DNA of 51,750 nucleotides from Candidatus Omnitrophota bacterium (GTDB lineage Bacteria; Omnitrophota; Omnitrophia; Omnitrophales; Aquincolibacteriaceae): NCBI GenBank assembly GCA_043718225.1, contig JAYSWD010000065.1, positions 1 to 51,750 of the forward strand, read 5' to 3'. Shown piece by piece: positions 43,708 to 51,750 of this stretch (position 1 is its first letter; each line of letters starts with the position of its first letter). The notes under the pieces were generated by a model. It saw only the letters and a program-made list of their open reading frames with translations, ran no database searches and was not told where the DNA came from. The position numbers and the translations under genes were made by a program.

Positions 43708-44204
43708 CAACTCAAAAGCCTTATTTTCGCTCCACGAACCACGGGCCACGGACCACGCCTTCAACCGACATCCCTGCTAAAACAGGGGCTTTAGCCGAAG
43801 AAAGCAAGGTGCCATCTGAAATTAAAAAATATAATTTTCGCGATTTGAAGGTGTGGCAAACAGCCAAAGAAATAGCAGTCATCATTTATAGTATGACAAA
43901 ACATCTTCCTAAAGAAGAACTGTATGGCATGTCTTCACAAATGCAACGTGCTGCTATTTCAGTTTCTTCAAATATTGCCGAGGGTTTTAATCGATTTTAC
44001 AAGAAAGACTATCAACGTTATTTAATGATCGCTCTTGGTTCGTGCGGTGAATTGGAATCTCAAATAGAAGTTGGAATTGACCTGGGCTATTTCGACCGAA
44101 AACAATGCGAAGCTATCATTGAAAAACTTAATCATGAAAATAGAATGCTAAGAAATCTTCACTCTAAGCTCTATCCAGAAAGCAAAAACTCGCTAGTAAG
44201 CTAG
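43704..44204 (+). CDS. Four-helix-bundle protein (23S rRNA IVS protein / bAvd-like family); start may be GTG at 43808
   Basis: FRDLKVWQ, LPKEELYGMSSQMQRAAISVSSNIAEG, IALGSCGELESQ signature. Confidence 0.92.
   Translation: MTTQKPYFRSTNHGPRTTPSTDIPAKTGALAEESKVPSEIKKYNFRDLKVWQTAKEIAVIIYSMTKHLPKEELYGMSSQMQRAAISVSSNIAEGFNRFYKKDYQRYLMIALGSCGELESQIEVGIDLGYFDRKQCEAIIEKLNHENRMLRNLHSKLYPESKNSLVS
43731..43758. repeat. Left 7-bp array of the four-helix-bundle gene
   Basis: TCCACGA ACCACGG GCCACGG ACCACGC. Confidence 0.8.
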
Positions 44205-45286
44205 CTTTGTGGCCCGTGGTTCGTGGCTCGTGGCTCGCTCAGATTGGACATTCTGTCCAATCTGAGCTGTCCACACGCCGCATCAATTTCACGCCCGGCA
44301 GTTTTGCGCAATGTCACATGAATGCCGGCATCTTTCAAAATTCTTGTAAAATTTTCAATTCTGTCTCTCGACGGGGTTTTATAAACCGCGGCCATTTCTC
44401 GGATCGGATTGTAAGGAATTAAATTGACCTTAGCGTTGAGCGGCACGGCGATTTTTACGACACCCCGCGCTTCTTCTTCGGAGTCGTTAATATTTTCAAT
44501 TAGCGTATATTCAAAAGTAATTTCGCGTTTTAGTTTTTTGTGAACTTGCGTCAGCGTTTCGATTAAATTATCAATGCTATAACGGCGGTTAATAGGCATA
44601 AGCGCGTCGCGCACTTCGGGCTTCGACGAATGCAGCGAAACCGAAAGCCTCACCTTGCCGTCTACCCGTTCCACAAATTCGATGATTTTGGGCGTAATCC
44701 CGGAAGTTGAAACCGTAATGCGCCGGCCGCCCAGCCAAAAACCCCATTGTGCGGTCAAAATTTCAATCGCTTGCATCGTCGCTTCAAAATTATCAAGCGG
44801 TTCGCCCATGCCCATAAAAACAATGTTGGAAACGCGTTTCCCTGTCTTGCGCTGAATCCATGCGACCTGCTCGACAATTTCACCGGCCGTAAGATTGCGC
44901 AGGAATTTGGCCTTGCCGCTCGCGCAAAAAGAGCAAGCCATTTTGCAGCCCATTTGCGTCGAGAGACAAACGGTTTGCCGTTCGCTTTGTGAAATTAAAA
45001 CGCTCTCGAGAAAATGTCCGTCACGGGCATTAAAAAGGCCTTTGGTAGATTCAAGCCCCTTTGAAAAAGAAGCTTCTGTACCGTCCAACGAACGCAGGTC
45101 AAAATGGGCGGCAAGTTTGTCGCGGTCGGTTTTAGAAAAATTTTTGATTTCATCCCATTCCAATACATTTTTTTTATAAATCCATTCTCCCAGCTGCACA
45201 CCGCGGAAAGCGGGCAGGCCTGCTGTTTGAACTGCCTCCTGCAGCTCTTTTACATTCATCCCATACAAAGTCAACTTAAAGCCCAT
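44201..45286 (-). CDS. rlmN: Dual-specificity RNA methyltransferase RlmN
   Basis: CLSTQMGCKMACSFCASG radical SAM motif, MGMGEPL, IDAACGQL. Confidence 0.96.
   Translation of the reverse strand: MGFKLTLYGMNVKELQEAVQTAGLPAFRGVQLGEWIYKKNVLEWDEIKNFSKTDRDKLAAHFDLRSLDGTEASFSKGLESTKGLFNARDGHFLESVLISQSERQTVCLSTQMGCKMACSFCASGKAKFLRNLTAGEIVEQVAWIQRKTGKRVSNIVFMGMGEPLDNFEATMQAIEILTAQWGFWLGGRRITVSTSGITPKIIEFVERVDGKVRLSVSLHSSKPEVRDALMPINRRYSIDNLIETLTQVHKKLKREITFEYTLIENINDSEEEARGVVKIAVPLNAKVNLIPYNPIREMAAVYKTPSRDRIENFTRILKDAGIHVTLRKTAGREIDAACGQLRLDRMSNLSEPRATNHGPQS
44206..44239. repeat. Right (inverted) 7-bp array of the four-helix-bundle gene; also encodes the RlmN tail
   Basis: TTTGTGG CCCGTGG TTCGTGG CTCGTGG CTCGCT, read as SEPRATNHGPQ on the minus strand. 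Confidence 0.8.
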
Positions 45287-45288
45287 AT

Positions 45289-45386
45289 CTAAAATCTCAA
45301 AACCATAGCTAAAAGCTTAAAACTGTCCGAACAGTTTTGACTTTTGAGCTGTAACTTTGTCCTTTGAGCTTTTACTTTTAAGTTTT
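45289..45386. repeat. Empty inverted 7-bp array pair between rlmN and corA
   Basis: CTAAAAT CTCAAAA CCATAG CTAAAAG CTTAAAA, central hairpin AAAACTGT-CCGA-ACAGTTTT, then TTTTGAC TTTTGAG...TTTTAAG. Confidence 0.75.
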
Positions 45387-46361
45387 TCAGATCCATTTTT
45401 TTAATTTCATCCAAATCAACATAAAAATTGTTGCGACCACTGTTGCCGCGGTCACAATCCAAAATCCATGTTCATGATGTAAAAACGGCATCCATTCAAA
45501 ATTCATGCCGTAGAGGGTCGGGATAATTATCGCGGGCATTGTCAATGTGGCCAGGATCGTGAGACGTTTTATGACATCATTTAACTTGGTCGACGAATAT
45601 GAAAAATAAACTTGTAAAATGCTCGCAAGGTTTTCATAAAGTGTATCCGTCATCAAATGAACATGTGACAGATGATCATAAACGTCGCGGAAATAAAGTT
45701 CATTTTCTTTGTCAACCAGCAAGCGATAGCGCGATAACGCGTATAACATATCGCGCTGCGGGCCAAAAATACGGCGTAATTTAAAAATATCCTGTTTGAC
45801 ACGCATCAGTTTGGGCAGATAATCGGCGCCATCGTCAAAAATATCAGTTTCGATCTCGTCGACTTTTTCTTCATATTGATGCACAACCGGAATATAACTA
45901 TCCACTAAATGATCCAGGATAGTGTGCAGCAACGCGCCTGCGCCTTCGCCTAAATGTACCTGCGGCTTTTTTTCAACCGCAAGCCGGTCTGCCAAGATCG
46001 ACGAAACAATCTGCTTGTGATAGGTCACCACATAATTTTTTCCCACAAAAATGGATACTTCTCCGTTAATTAGCTCGCGCTCTTTCTCTTCGTTCAACTT
46101 GAGCGTGAGCGTATCCATATTTATGAAAAGATAATCGCCGTAATCATCCATTTTTGAACCACAGGCGTCATTCAAGCAGTCCTCGATCGCAAGCTCATGG
46201 AAAGCAAAAATTTCCGCGAGCAGTTCGTCTTCGATTTCCGTGGGCTCATCGAGGTCAACCCATAATGTTCCGCCACCCTTATGAACAGCGTTAAACATCT
46301 CCGCGCGCGTTAAATTTTTTTTAAGGCCGCCTTCTTTGGTAAAAAAATATGTAGAAACCAT
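45387..46361 (-). CDS. corA: Magnesium/cobalt transporter CorA
   Basis: LWVDL, FHELAIED, YFRDVYDH, YGMNFEWMP signature, two C-terminal TM helices. Confidence 0.95.
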   Translation of the reverse strand: MVSTYFFTKEGGLKKNLTRAEMFNAVHKGGGTLWVDLDEPTEIEDELLAEIFAFHELAIEDCLNDACGSKMDDYGDYLFINMDTLTLKLNEEKERELINGEVSIFVGKNYVVTYHKQIVSSILADRLAVEKKPQVHLGEGAGALLHTILDHLVDSYIPVVHQYEEKVDEIETDIFDDGADYLPKLMRVKQDIFKLRRIFGPQRDMLYALSRYRLLVDKENELYFRDVYDHLSHVHLMTDTLYENLASILQVYFSYSSTKLNDVIKRLTILATLTMPAIIIPTLYGMNFEWMPFLHHEHGFWIVTAATVVATIFMLIWMKLKKWI

Positions 46362-46381
46362 GTTTTTTTGTTTCCTTGTAA

Positions 46382-47242
46382 TTACTTACGAAGTTTGTAT
46401 CCTGAACGAAAAAGATAAACCGTGAAAAAAAAGAGCGCAAGAAAAATAAGCCCGACCACAAGCATGCATCGCCCTATGGGAGCGTCGGAAGCGCCCAGGA
46501 AACTATAGCGCAGCCCGTTGATCATGTAAAAAATGGGATTGAGCGCCGTTATCACCTGCAGTTTGGGCGGCAACATCGTAATCGAATGAAAAACGCCGCC
46601 GAAAAAAACCAGTGGCGTAATTAAAAAGGTTGTCGCGATACTGAGATGCTCAAACTCTTCAGCAACCAGCGCGACTACCATTCCCAAACAGGAGAAACTC
46701 AAAGAAACCAGAATAAGAAAATAAAAAACCATGAAAGGATGCGCCCAGGGCAGCTGCACAAAAAGCGACGCAACCGCAAAGACTCCCGCCGCGATCAGCA
46801 TGCTGCGCACAAGCCCGCCGAGAATCACCGCGAAAACCATTTCCGTATAAGAAAGCGGCGTAACCAAAAGCTCTTCTATATAATTCGCCCAACGCGAAAT
46901 AAAAAGCGAGCTGGATGTATTTTGATAAGCGCTTTCGACCACATACATCATGATCATGCCCGGGAGCATGAAATGCAGATACGGCACGCCTTGCAGATCG
47001 CCCAAACGTTTTCCGAGCGAAAGCCCGAAAATAAAAATATAAAGGAAACTCGAAACCAGCGGCGGTAAAAGCGTTTGAATTGCGACGGTAAAGAACCGGA
47101 TTATCTCCCGATAAACCAAAGTTTGAAAACCTATTAAGCGACTCGACGCCTGAAAAAGACTCGTCTGCTTCGTTGCGCGCTGCGCTTCCTTGTGCGGCGT
47201 ATTCAGCATACGCCTCCGTGGGCGCTTGCACGCGCCTTGCAT
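46382..47242 (-). CDS. ABC-2 transporter permease (YadH-like)
   Basis: REIIRFF..QTLLPP, YLHFMLPG, IEELLVTPLS, FGGVFHSI, LNPIFYMINGLRY. The first ~33 codons lie within a MITE-like repeat. Confidence 0.9.
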   Translation of the reverse strand: MQGACKRPRRRMLNTPHKEAQRATKQTSLFQASSRLIGFQTLVYREIIRFFTVAIQTLLPPLVSSFLYIFIFGLSLGKRLGDLQGVPYLHFMLPGMIMMYVVESAYQNTSSSLFISRWANYIEELLVTPLSYTEMVFAVILGGLVRSMLIAAGVFAVASLFVQLPWAHPFMVFYFLILVSLSFSCLGMVVALVAEEFEHLSIATTFLITPLVFFGGVFHSITMLPPKLQVITALNPIFYMINGLRYSFLGASDAPIGRCMLVVGLIFLALFFFTVYLFRSGYKLRK

Positions 47243-47262
47243 CCAAATCTTTTTGAGGCATC
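47145..47262. mobile_element. ~118-bp MITE-like element with imperfect terminal inverted repeats
   Basis: GACGCCTGAAAAAGACTCGTCTGC versus reverse complement GATGCCTCAAAAAGATTTGGATGC; internal hairpin GGCGTA..TACGCC. Confidence 0.7.
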
Positions 47263-47281
47263 TTTTGTCTGATTAACGCTT

Positions 47282-48208
47282 CTAAACATTTTGTTTCCGA
47301 ATAAGTTTAAGAAAAGCTTCTTCCAACCTGGGCTCATGCACTTCGACTTTTTCGACTTCTACGCCCGCGCCGACAAGAATTCTGAGCGCTTGATTCAACG
47401 CGCCGTTGGACTGTAATAGTTTTAATCGCCTTGTTTTTGAGTCGAAGGTCGCGCCAAGAGCCAAAAGCCCCTCGGGTATTTTATCTAAAACCTGTTTGAT
47501 CTCGAGTTCGATTTCACCGCGATAAACTTTGTTCACCAAATCGGCTTTTTTTTCAACCGTGAGCATTCGGCCTTCATGAATCACACCGATCGTATTACAA
47601 AGCTGTTCAGCTTCTTCAATATAATGCGTGGTTAATATTAATGTAGTTCCCTCGCGGTTCAATCTCCTCAAAAATTCCCATAATTCAAAACGCAGCTCAA
47701 TATCCACCCCGGCTGTCGGCTCATCTAAGATCAAAAGCTTCGGCCGATGCATCAGCGCGCGAGCAATTAGCAGCCGGCGCTTCATTCCGCCGGAAAGTTT
47801 TTTATAATCCTGGTCGCGCTTTTCCCAAAGATTCAGCATTTTAAGAAGTTCTTCCGCCCGCACTTTCGCTTCTTTGGAGGGCATTCCGAAATATCCGCCT
47901 TCAAGCCGCAAAATCCATTCCGCGGAAAAAAACGGGTCGAAATTAAACTCCTGCGGCACAAGCCCGATCAGGCTGCGTGTTTTGCGATAATCCCGGATCA
48001 CATCATGCCCGAATACGCGGACCTCGCCTTCTTTGTAATTAGCAAGACCGGTAAGAACCCGAATCGCCGTTGTTTTTCCGGCGCCGTTCGGGCCTAAAAA
48101 CCCAAAAAAGTCGCCCTCCTCGACTTCGAAAGAAAGCCGATCCAGCGCTTGGAATTTTCCGTAAAACTTGCTCAGATTTTTTATTTCAACAGCTTTCATT
48201 TGTTTCAA
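47282..48208 (-). CDS. ABC transporter ATP-binding protein (YadG-like)
   Basis: Walker A GPNGAGKTT, LSGGMKRR signature, LILDEPTAGVD, TTHY. Confidence 0.95.
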   Translation of the reverse strand: MKQMKAVEIKNLSKFYGKFQALDRLSFEVEEGDFFGFLGPNGAGKTTAIRVLTGLANYKEGEVRVFGHDVIRDYRKTRSLIGLVPQEFNFDPFFSAEWILRLEGGYFGMPSKEAKVRAEELLKMLNLWEKRDQDYKKLSGGMKRRLLIARALMHRPKLLILDEPTAGVDIELRFELWEFLRRLNREGTTLILTTHYIEEAEQLCNTIGVIHEGRMLTVEKKADLVNKVYRGEIELEIKQVLDKIPEGLLALGATFDSKTRRLKLLQSNGALNQALRILVGAGVEVEKVEVHEPRLEEAFLKLIRKQNV

Positions 48209-48319
48209 CTCAAAGTTTAAAACTCAGAAATCAAAACCATAACTCAAAACCTAAAGCTTTTCAGCCATCTAAAAAGTTTTAATCTATGGCTTTGAGTTCT
48301 GATTTCTGAGTTCTAAGTT
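48208..48319. repeat. Empty inverted 7-bp array pair between the ABC ATPase and pgm
   Basis: AACTCAA AGTTTAA AACTCAG AAATCAA AACCAT AACTCAA ... CTATGG CTTTGAG TTCTGAT TTCTGAG TTCTAAG; AACTCAGAAATCA and TGATTTCTGAGTT are perfect inverses. Confidence 0.8.
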
Positions 48320-49953
48320 ATTACATCCGGTTCGGTTCGCCCAAAGCGTTCTTTTATTTTTAAAAAATTCCGCGTCCATGTAAAAAGCGGTTTTAAAAAT
48401 TCGCTTGGGTTTTGATTTAAATCCGTCTTGGAATATTGTTCAAAATAAAGCCGCAAAGTCGCACCTTCCGTCCCGGTGCCGGAAAGGCGCATCACAATAC
48501 GCGCGCCGTTATCCAGAAAAATACGCAGTCCCTGGTTTTTAGAAAAACTTTTATCCGTCGGGTCTTCATAGCAAAAATCATCGGTCGAAATAACGCGGGC
48601 ATTTCCGATTTGCTGCTCGACAAGGCGCGGAAAAATAAACAAGGCTTCGCGCATCATTTCTGCAGCCTTGCCCGCTTCAAGCGCTTCATAATCATGCCGC
48701 GCGAAATAAGAACGCCCGAACCGCTGCCAGTGATTCTCGGCGATTTGCTGCACCGACAAACGTGTCTTCGCCAGAATTGAAAGCCAAGCCAAAACAGCCC
48801 ATAAACCGTCTTTCTCACGGACATGATCCGAACCTGTACCAAAGCTTTCCTCGCCGCAAACCGTGCAAAGCCCCGCGTCCATCAAATTACCAAAAAATTT
48901 CCAGCCTGTCGGTGTTTCATAACACGGAATGGAGAGCGCTTTCGCAACCCGGTCAACGGCTGAACTTGTCGGCATGGACCGGGCAAGGCCTTTAAGCCCG
49001 GCTTTGTATCCCGGAGCGCATTCGGCAAGATGCTCAGCAATCATCGCGAGCGAATCTCCCGGAGAAACAAAAAAGTTTTTCCCGAGAATCATATTGCGGT
49101 CGCCGTCTCCGTCGGACGCGGCTCCAAAGTCCGCCGCTTGCGGACCAAATTGAATTTTAACCAATTCTTCCGCGTAAACCAAATTGGGATCCGGATGCCC
49201 GCCCCCAAAATCTTCTTTGGGCTCGGCATTTAAAATATTCGCCGGATCGGCGCCCAGCATCTGAACAAATATTTTTTTCGCGTAGGGCCCGGTCACGGCT
49301 TGCATGGCGTCGAACTTGATTTTAAATCCGGATTCTAAAAGCCCTTGAATACTCTTAAAATCAAAAAGTGTTTGCATTAATTCAACATAATCGTTGAGTC
49401 CGTCAAAAATCACAATATTCGTGCTTCCCGCGCGGACAAGCCCTAACTTCGACAAATTAATTAGGTCGAGTTCCGCTTCGAAATACTCCTGAATTTTCAA
49501 AGATTCTTCGTAAATTTTTTTCGTCAGCTTTTCCGGCGCCGGACTTCCGGTGGAAATGTTGTATTTCATTCCAAAGTCGCCCTCGGGGCCTCCGGGATTA
49601 TGGCTTGCGGACAGAATAATGCCGCCCATACATTGCTGTTTGCGAATTACGCAAGAAGCGGCGGGTGTCGACAAAATGCCGTTTTGCGCAACCAGTATTT
49701 TTCCGAAGCCGTTGCCCGCCGCGACAGCGATAATTTTTTGAATTGCTTCACGGTTATAAAAACGACCGTCGCCTCCGACAACAAGTGTCTGCCCTTCAAT
49801 CCTCTGTCCTTCGGCGCTCAAAGCATTAAAGATTGCCTGGGCAAAATTTTCCACGTAATGCGCCTGCTGGAACACGGAAACTTTTTTTCTCAGTCCGGAC
49901 GTCCCCGGTTTTTGGTCCGTAAACGGCCGCGTTTCAACTTTTTTTATATCCAT
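48313..49953 (-). CDS. pgm: Phosphoglucomutase (alpha-D-glucose-1,6-bisphosphate dependent)
   Basis: QKPGTSGLRKK, SASHNPGG phosphoserine loop, DGDGDR metal loop, CGEESFG. Start taken as MDIKK (49953). Confidence 0.95.
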   Translation of the reverse strand: MDIKKVETRPFTDQKPGTSGLRKKVSVFQQAHYVENFAQAIFNALSAEGQRIEGQTLVVGGDGRFYNREAIQKIIAVAAGNGFGKILVAQNGILSTPAASCVIRKQQCMGGIILSASHNPGGPEGDFGMKYNISTGSPAPEKLTKKIYEESLKIQEYFEAELDLINLSKLGLVRAGSTNIVIFDGLNDYVELMQTLFDFKSIQGLLESGFKIKFDAMQAVTGPYAKKIFVQMLGADPANILNAEPKEDFGGGHPDPNLVYAEELVKIQFGPQAADFGAASDGDGDRNMILGKNFFVSPGDSLAMIAEHLAECAPGYKAGLKGLARSMPTSSAVDRVAKALSIPCYETPTGWKFFGNLMDAGLCTVCGEESFGTGSDHVREKDGLWAVLAWLSILAKTRLSVQQIAENHWQRFGRSYFARHDYEALEAGKAAEMMREALFIFPRLVEQQIGNARVISTDDFCYEDPTDKSFSKNQGLRIFLDNGARIVMRLSGTGTEGATLRLYFEQYSKTDLNQNPSEFLKPLFTWTRNFLKIKERFGRTEPDVIT

Positions 49954-49977
49954 CGTGTTTTTTATTTTAACCATTTC

Positions 49978-50013
49978 AACTCCCGGGGATGCCATCCGGC
50001 AACTCCGGGAGTT
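49978..50013. repeat. Short palindrome family, copy 3 (intergenic)
   Basis: AACTCCCGGGGATGCCATCCGGCAACTCCGGGAGTT. Confidence 0.65.
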
Positions 50014-50046
50014 TTTCGCTTCACGAATCACAAATCGCGCGGCCAC

Positions 50047-51543
50047 TTAGGCCGTCTGATGCTCCGGCCGCAGCAAATCAAGCGCGGTTTTTACGGGAGC
50101 GAAAACCTGCGCCGGAATTTCAACAAAAAGAGAAATCCAGTTTGCCATGCCCCCGTTCCAAAGCCCCGGTAATTCCATAGCGCGGATTTCGCGTCCCTGA
50201 TAACTTTTTTTGGTAATGATGCCACGCTCCGCGTCGGCAAAATGCATCAGGTTATATTTCACGCCGCGATAATCATTAACGCCGCAAACAAAATCGACGG
50301 GATTAAAGTGTGTCGAAGAACCCCAAATCCGGTTCTGCGCTTTGTTTTTGAAATCAACCTCGGCGGATTCGACGATTTGCGGCCTAATTTCTCCGTCCTG
50401 ATTGCGCACCCAAAATGGCCCGCCGCCCGGTTCGCCTGTATTTGGAACCATACCGCAAACCCGCATAGGCCGGTTAAAAAATTGAGTAAGTTCTTGCCGA
50501 TTGGACGGAACTCCCAGGGGTCGGAAAATACTACATCCCAGTTCTCTGGCCAATTTAAGAACAAATACGGCTTCCTGCGGCGTCATTTTTTTATTTTTTA
50601 AAATCCTTTGCGCTTCGAAAATTCTTTTTTGCGCATTTAAAAAAAATCCGCATAAAATCCGTTTCCAGCGATCCGCTTCTTCGCGGTTTTCAGGTGGCAG
50701 AATATTATCGATGTTTTTAACGTAAATCATATCCGCTTTGACTTGATTGAGATTGGCAAGCAGGGCACCATGCCCCGCCGGGCGCAAAAGCAGCCGGCCT
50801 TTTTCATCGCGCGCGGGCGTTCCGTTTTTTTCTGCCGCTAAACAATCCGTCGCGGGACTTTGAATGGAGTCGCTCAAAATAAACTCGCAGCGCGACATTT
50901 TGGCCGTTACCCCTTTCAAATGCCGGCGGACAGCTATTCGGGCCGCGCTCGGAACCGTAAAATGAATATTTATCTTTTTTTTCGCGTTTTTGAAAATAAC
51001 ACTTTCTCTAAGCTGCTCTTCAAACGCCGTTCGCGCCCGCGACCCCTCCCGGTGAAAAAGAATCATGCCTTTAGGCGCTTGCCGGTATCCCAACCCTTCT
51101 TTTTCCAACAAAGCCCGCACAATCGGTTCTAATTTTTTTGTGCTTTTCAGCGTATCAATGTCCTGTCCTCTCTTTTTAAGAACGCCGGCGAGGGCTGAGT
51201 AAAAAGCGAAATCCGAAAGCCGTTTTAAAAATTTCTGCTTTGAAGCCGCATATTCGGGACTAGGGTCTTCCAGAAAATGGAACATGCGACTGGCCGCGCC
51301 CGAAGCGGGAACAAACTTTAGAATCTTTTTTTGAGAACGATTTTTCAAAAAATTCTGCTCGGCCTGTTTTTGTTCTAGCCTGCTTAATTTAAAAATTCCT
51401 TTTCCGGCTACGCAGGGACAAACAAGCTGTACTCCAGAGAAGCCTTTTTTTAAACGGGCAAGCTGCGCCGCCGCATGCAAAGGCGTAATGCCGCGGCTTT
51501 TAAGCTGAGTTTTATCTTGTGTTGAAAGTGAAAAGTTTCCCAT
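50047..51543 (-). CDS. DUF4301 family protein
   Basis: KFVPASGAASRMF, RPAGHGALL, KNIDN, RVCGMVPNTGEPGGGPFWV, THFNPVD, ELPGLWNG, PVKT motifs. Confidence 0.85.
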   Translation of the reverse strand: MGNFSLSTQDKTQLKSRGITPLHAAAQLARLKKGFSGVQLVCPCVAGKGIFKLSRLEQKQAEQNFLKNRSQKKILKFVPASGAASRMFHFLEDPSPEYAASKQKFLKRLSDFAFYSALAGVLKKRGQDIDTLKSTKKLEPIVRALLEKEGLGYRQAPKGMILFHREGSRARTAFEEQLRESVIFKNAKKKINIHFTVPSAARIAVRRHLKGVTAKMSRCEFILSDSIQSPATDCLAAEKNGTPARDEKGRLLLRPAGHGALLANLNQVKADMIYVKNIDNILPPENREEADRWKRILCGFFLNAQKRIFEAQRILKNKKMTPQEAVFVLKLARELGCSIFRPLGVPSNRQELTQFFNRPMRVCGMVPNTGEPGGGPFWVRNQDGEIRPQIVESAEVDFKNKAQNRIWGSSTHFNPVDFVCGVNDYRGVKYNLMHFADAERGIITKKSYQGREIRAMELPGLWNGGMANWISLFVEIPAQVFAPVKTALDLLRPEHQTA

Positions 51544-51629
51544 AGAGCTTAATAGTATATGCGATCTTAACCTCTGAGCGAAGCCCGGGATTAAAAGGTT
51601 TTAGAGGAGAAACCGGCGCAAAGTGGTTA

Positions 51630-51658
51630 GTGCTTTGTAAAACAGGATTCGTTATAAT
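51630..51658 (+). promoter_or_regulatory. Putative tRNA promoter
   Basis: TATAAT at 51653-51658, 12 nt before the tRNA; weak -35 GTGCTT 17 bp upstream. Confidence 0.5.
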
Positions 51659-51670
51659 GTGCGCCACTTT

Positions 51671-51750
51671 GGAGAGGTCGCATAGCCTGGTCTAGTGCGC
51701 ACGCCTGGAAAGTGTGTGAACCTGAAAGGGTTCCGTGGGTTCGAATCCCA
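51671..51750 (+). tRNA. tRNA-Ser(GGA), 3' end truncated by the window
   Basis: GGAGAGG acceptor strand, D-loop with GG, anticodon arm CACGC-CTGGAAA-GTGTG, long variable arm, GGTTCGAATCC T-arm. Confidence 0.95.

Noticed and set aside
43704-44204. Diversity-generating retroelement or 23S rRNA intervening sequence
   Set aside because: No reverse transcriptase, TR/VR pair or rRNA seen in the window.
46659-47261. 200-aa alternative-frame ORF
   Set aside because: Overlaps the clear ABC permease and starts inside the MITE.

Overview
Bacterial chromosomal window, mostly minus-strand genes. The giant modular ORFs suggest Omnitrophota/PVC, but that is inference only. Housekeeping genes: ccsA (partial), ResB-like, RNase HI, type IV pilin, cysE, ychF, rlmN, corA, an ABC-2 pair, pgm, DUF4301 and tRNA-Ser(GGA) at the right edge. 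Two related signal-peptide-bearing large proteins (2344 aa and 9367 aa) flank ychF. They share an N-terminal D-A-H / E-G / R-E / GGFH domain and a C-terminal AS(M/A)A end. Both are punctuated by an R-S-E-x-R pentapeptide (17 exact copies in the giant, 3 in the smaller) that falls between unrelated cytoplasmic-type domains: glucan phosphorylase, GNATs, methyltransferases, alpha/beta hydrolase, Ser/Thr kinase, HATPase and about 14 sigma-70 region-4-like repeats. The best candidate novel system is a secreted, motif-processed effector polyprotein. A second pattern is a set of inverted 7-bp tandem arrays that bracket a four-helix-bundle gene, occur as empty intergenic pairs and sit in frame inside genes. 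Three kinds of palindromic/MITE-like insert are also present. Domain calls come from motif reading by eye; no searches were run.
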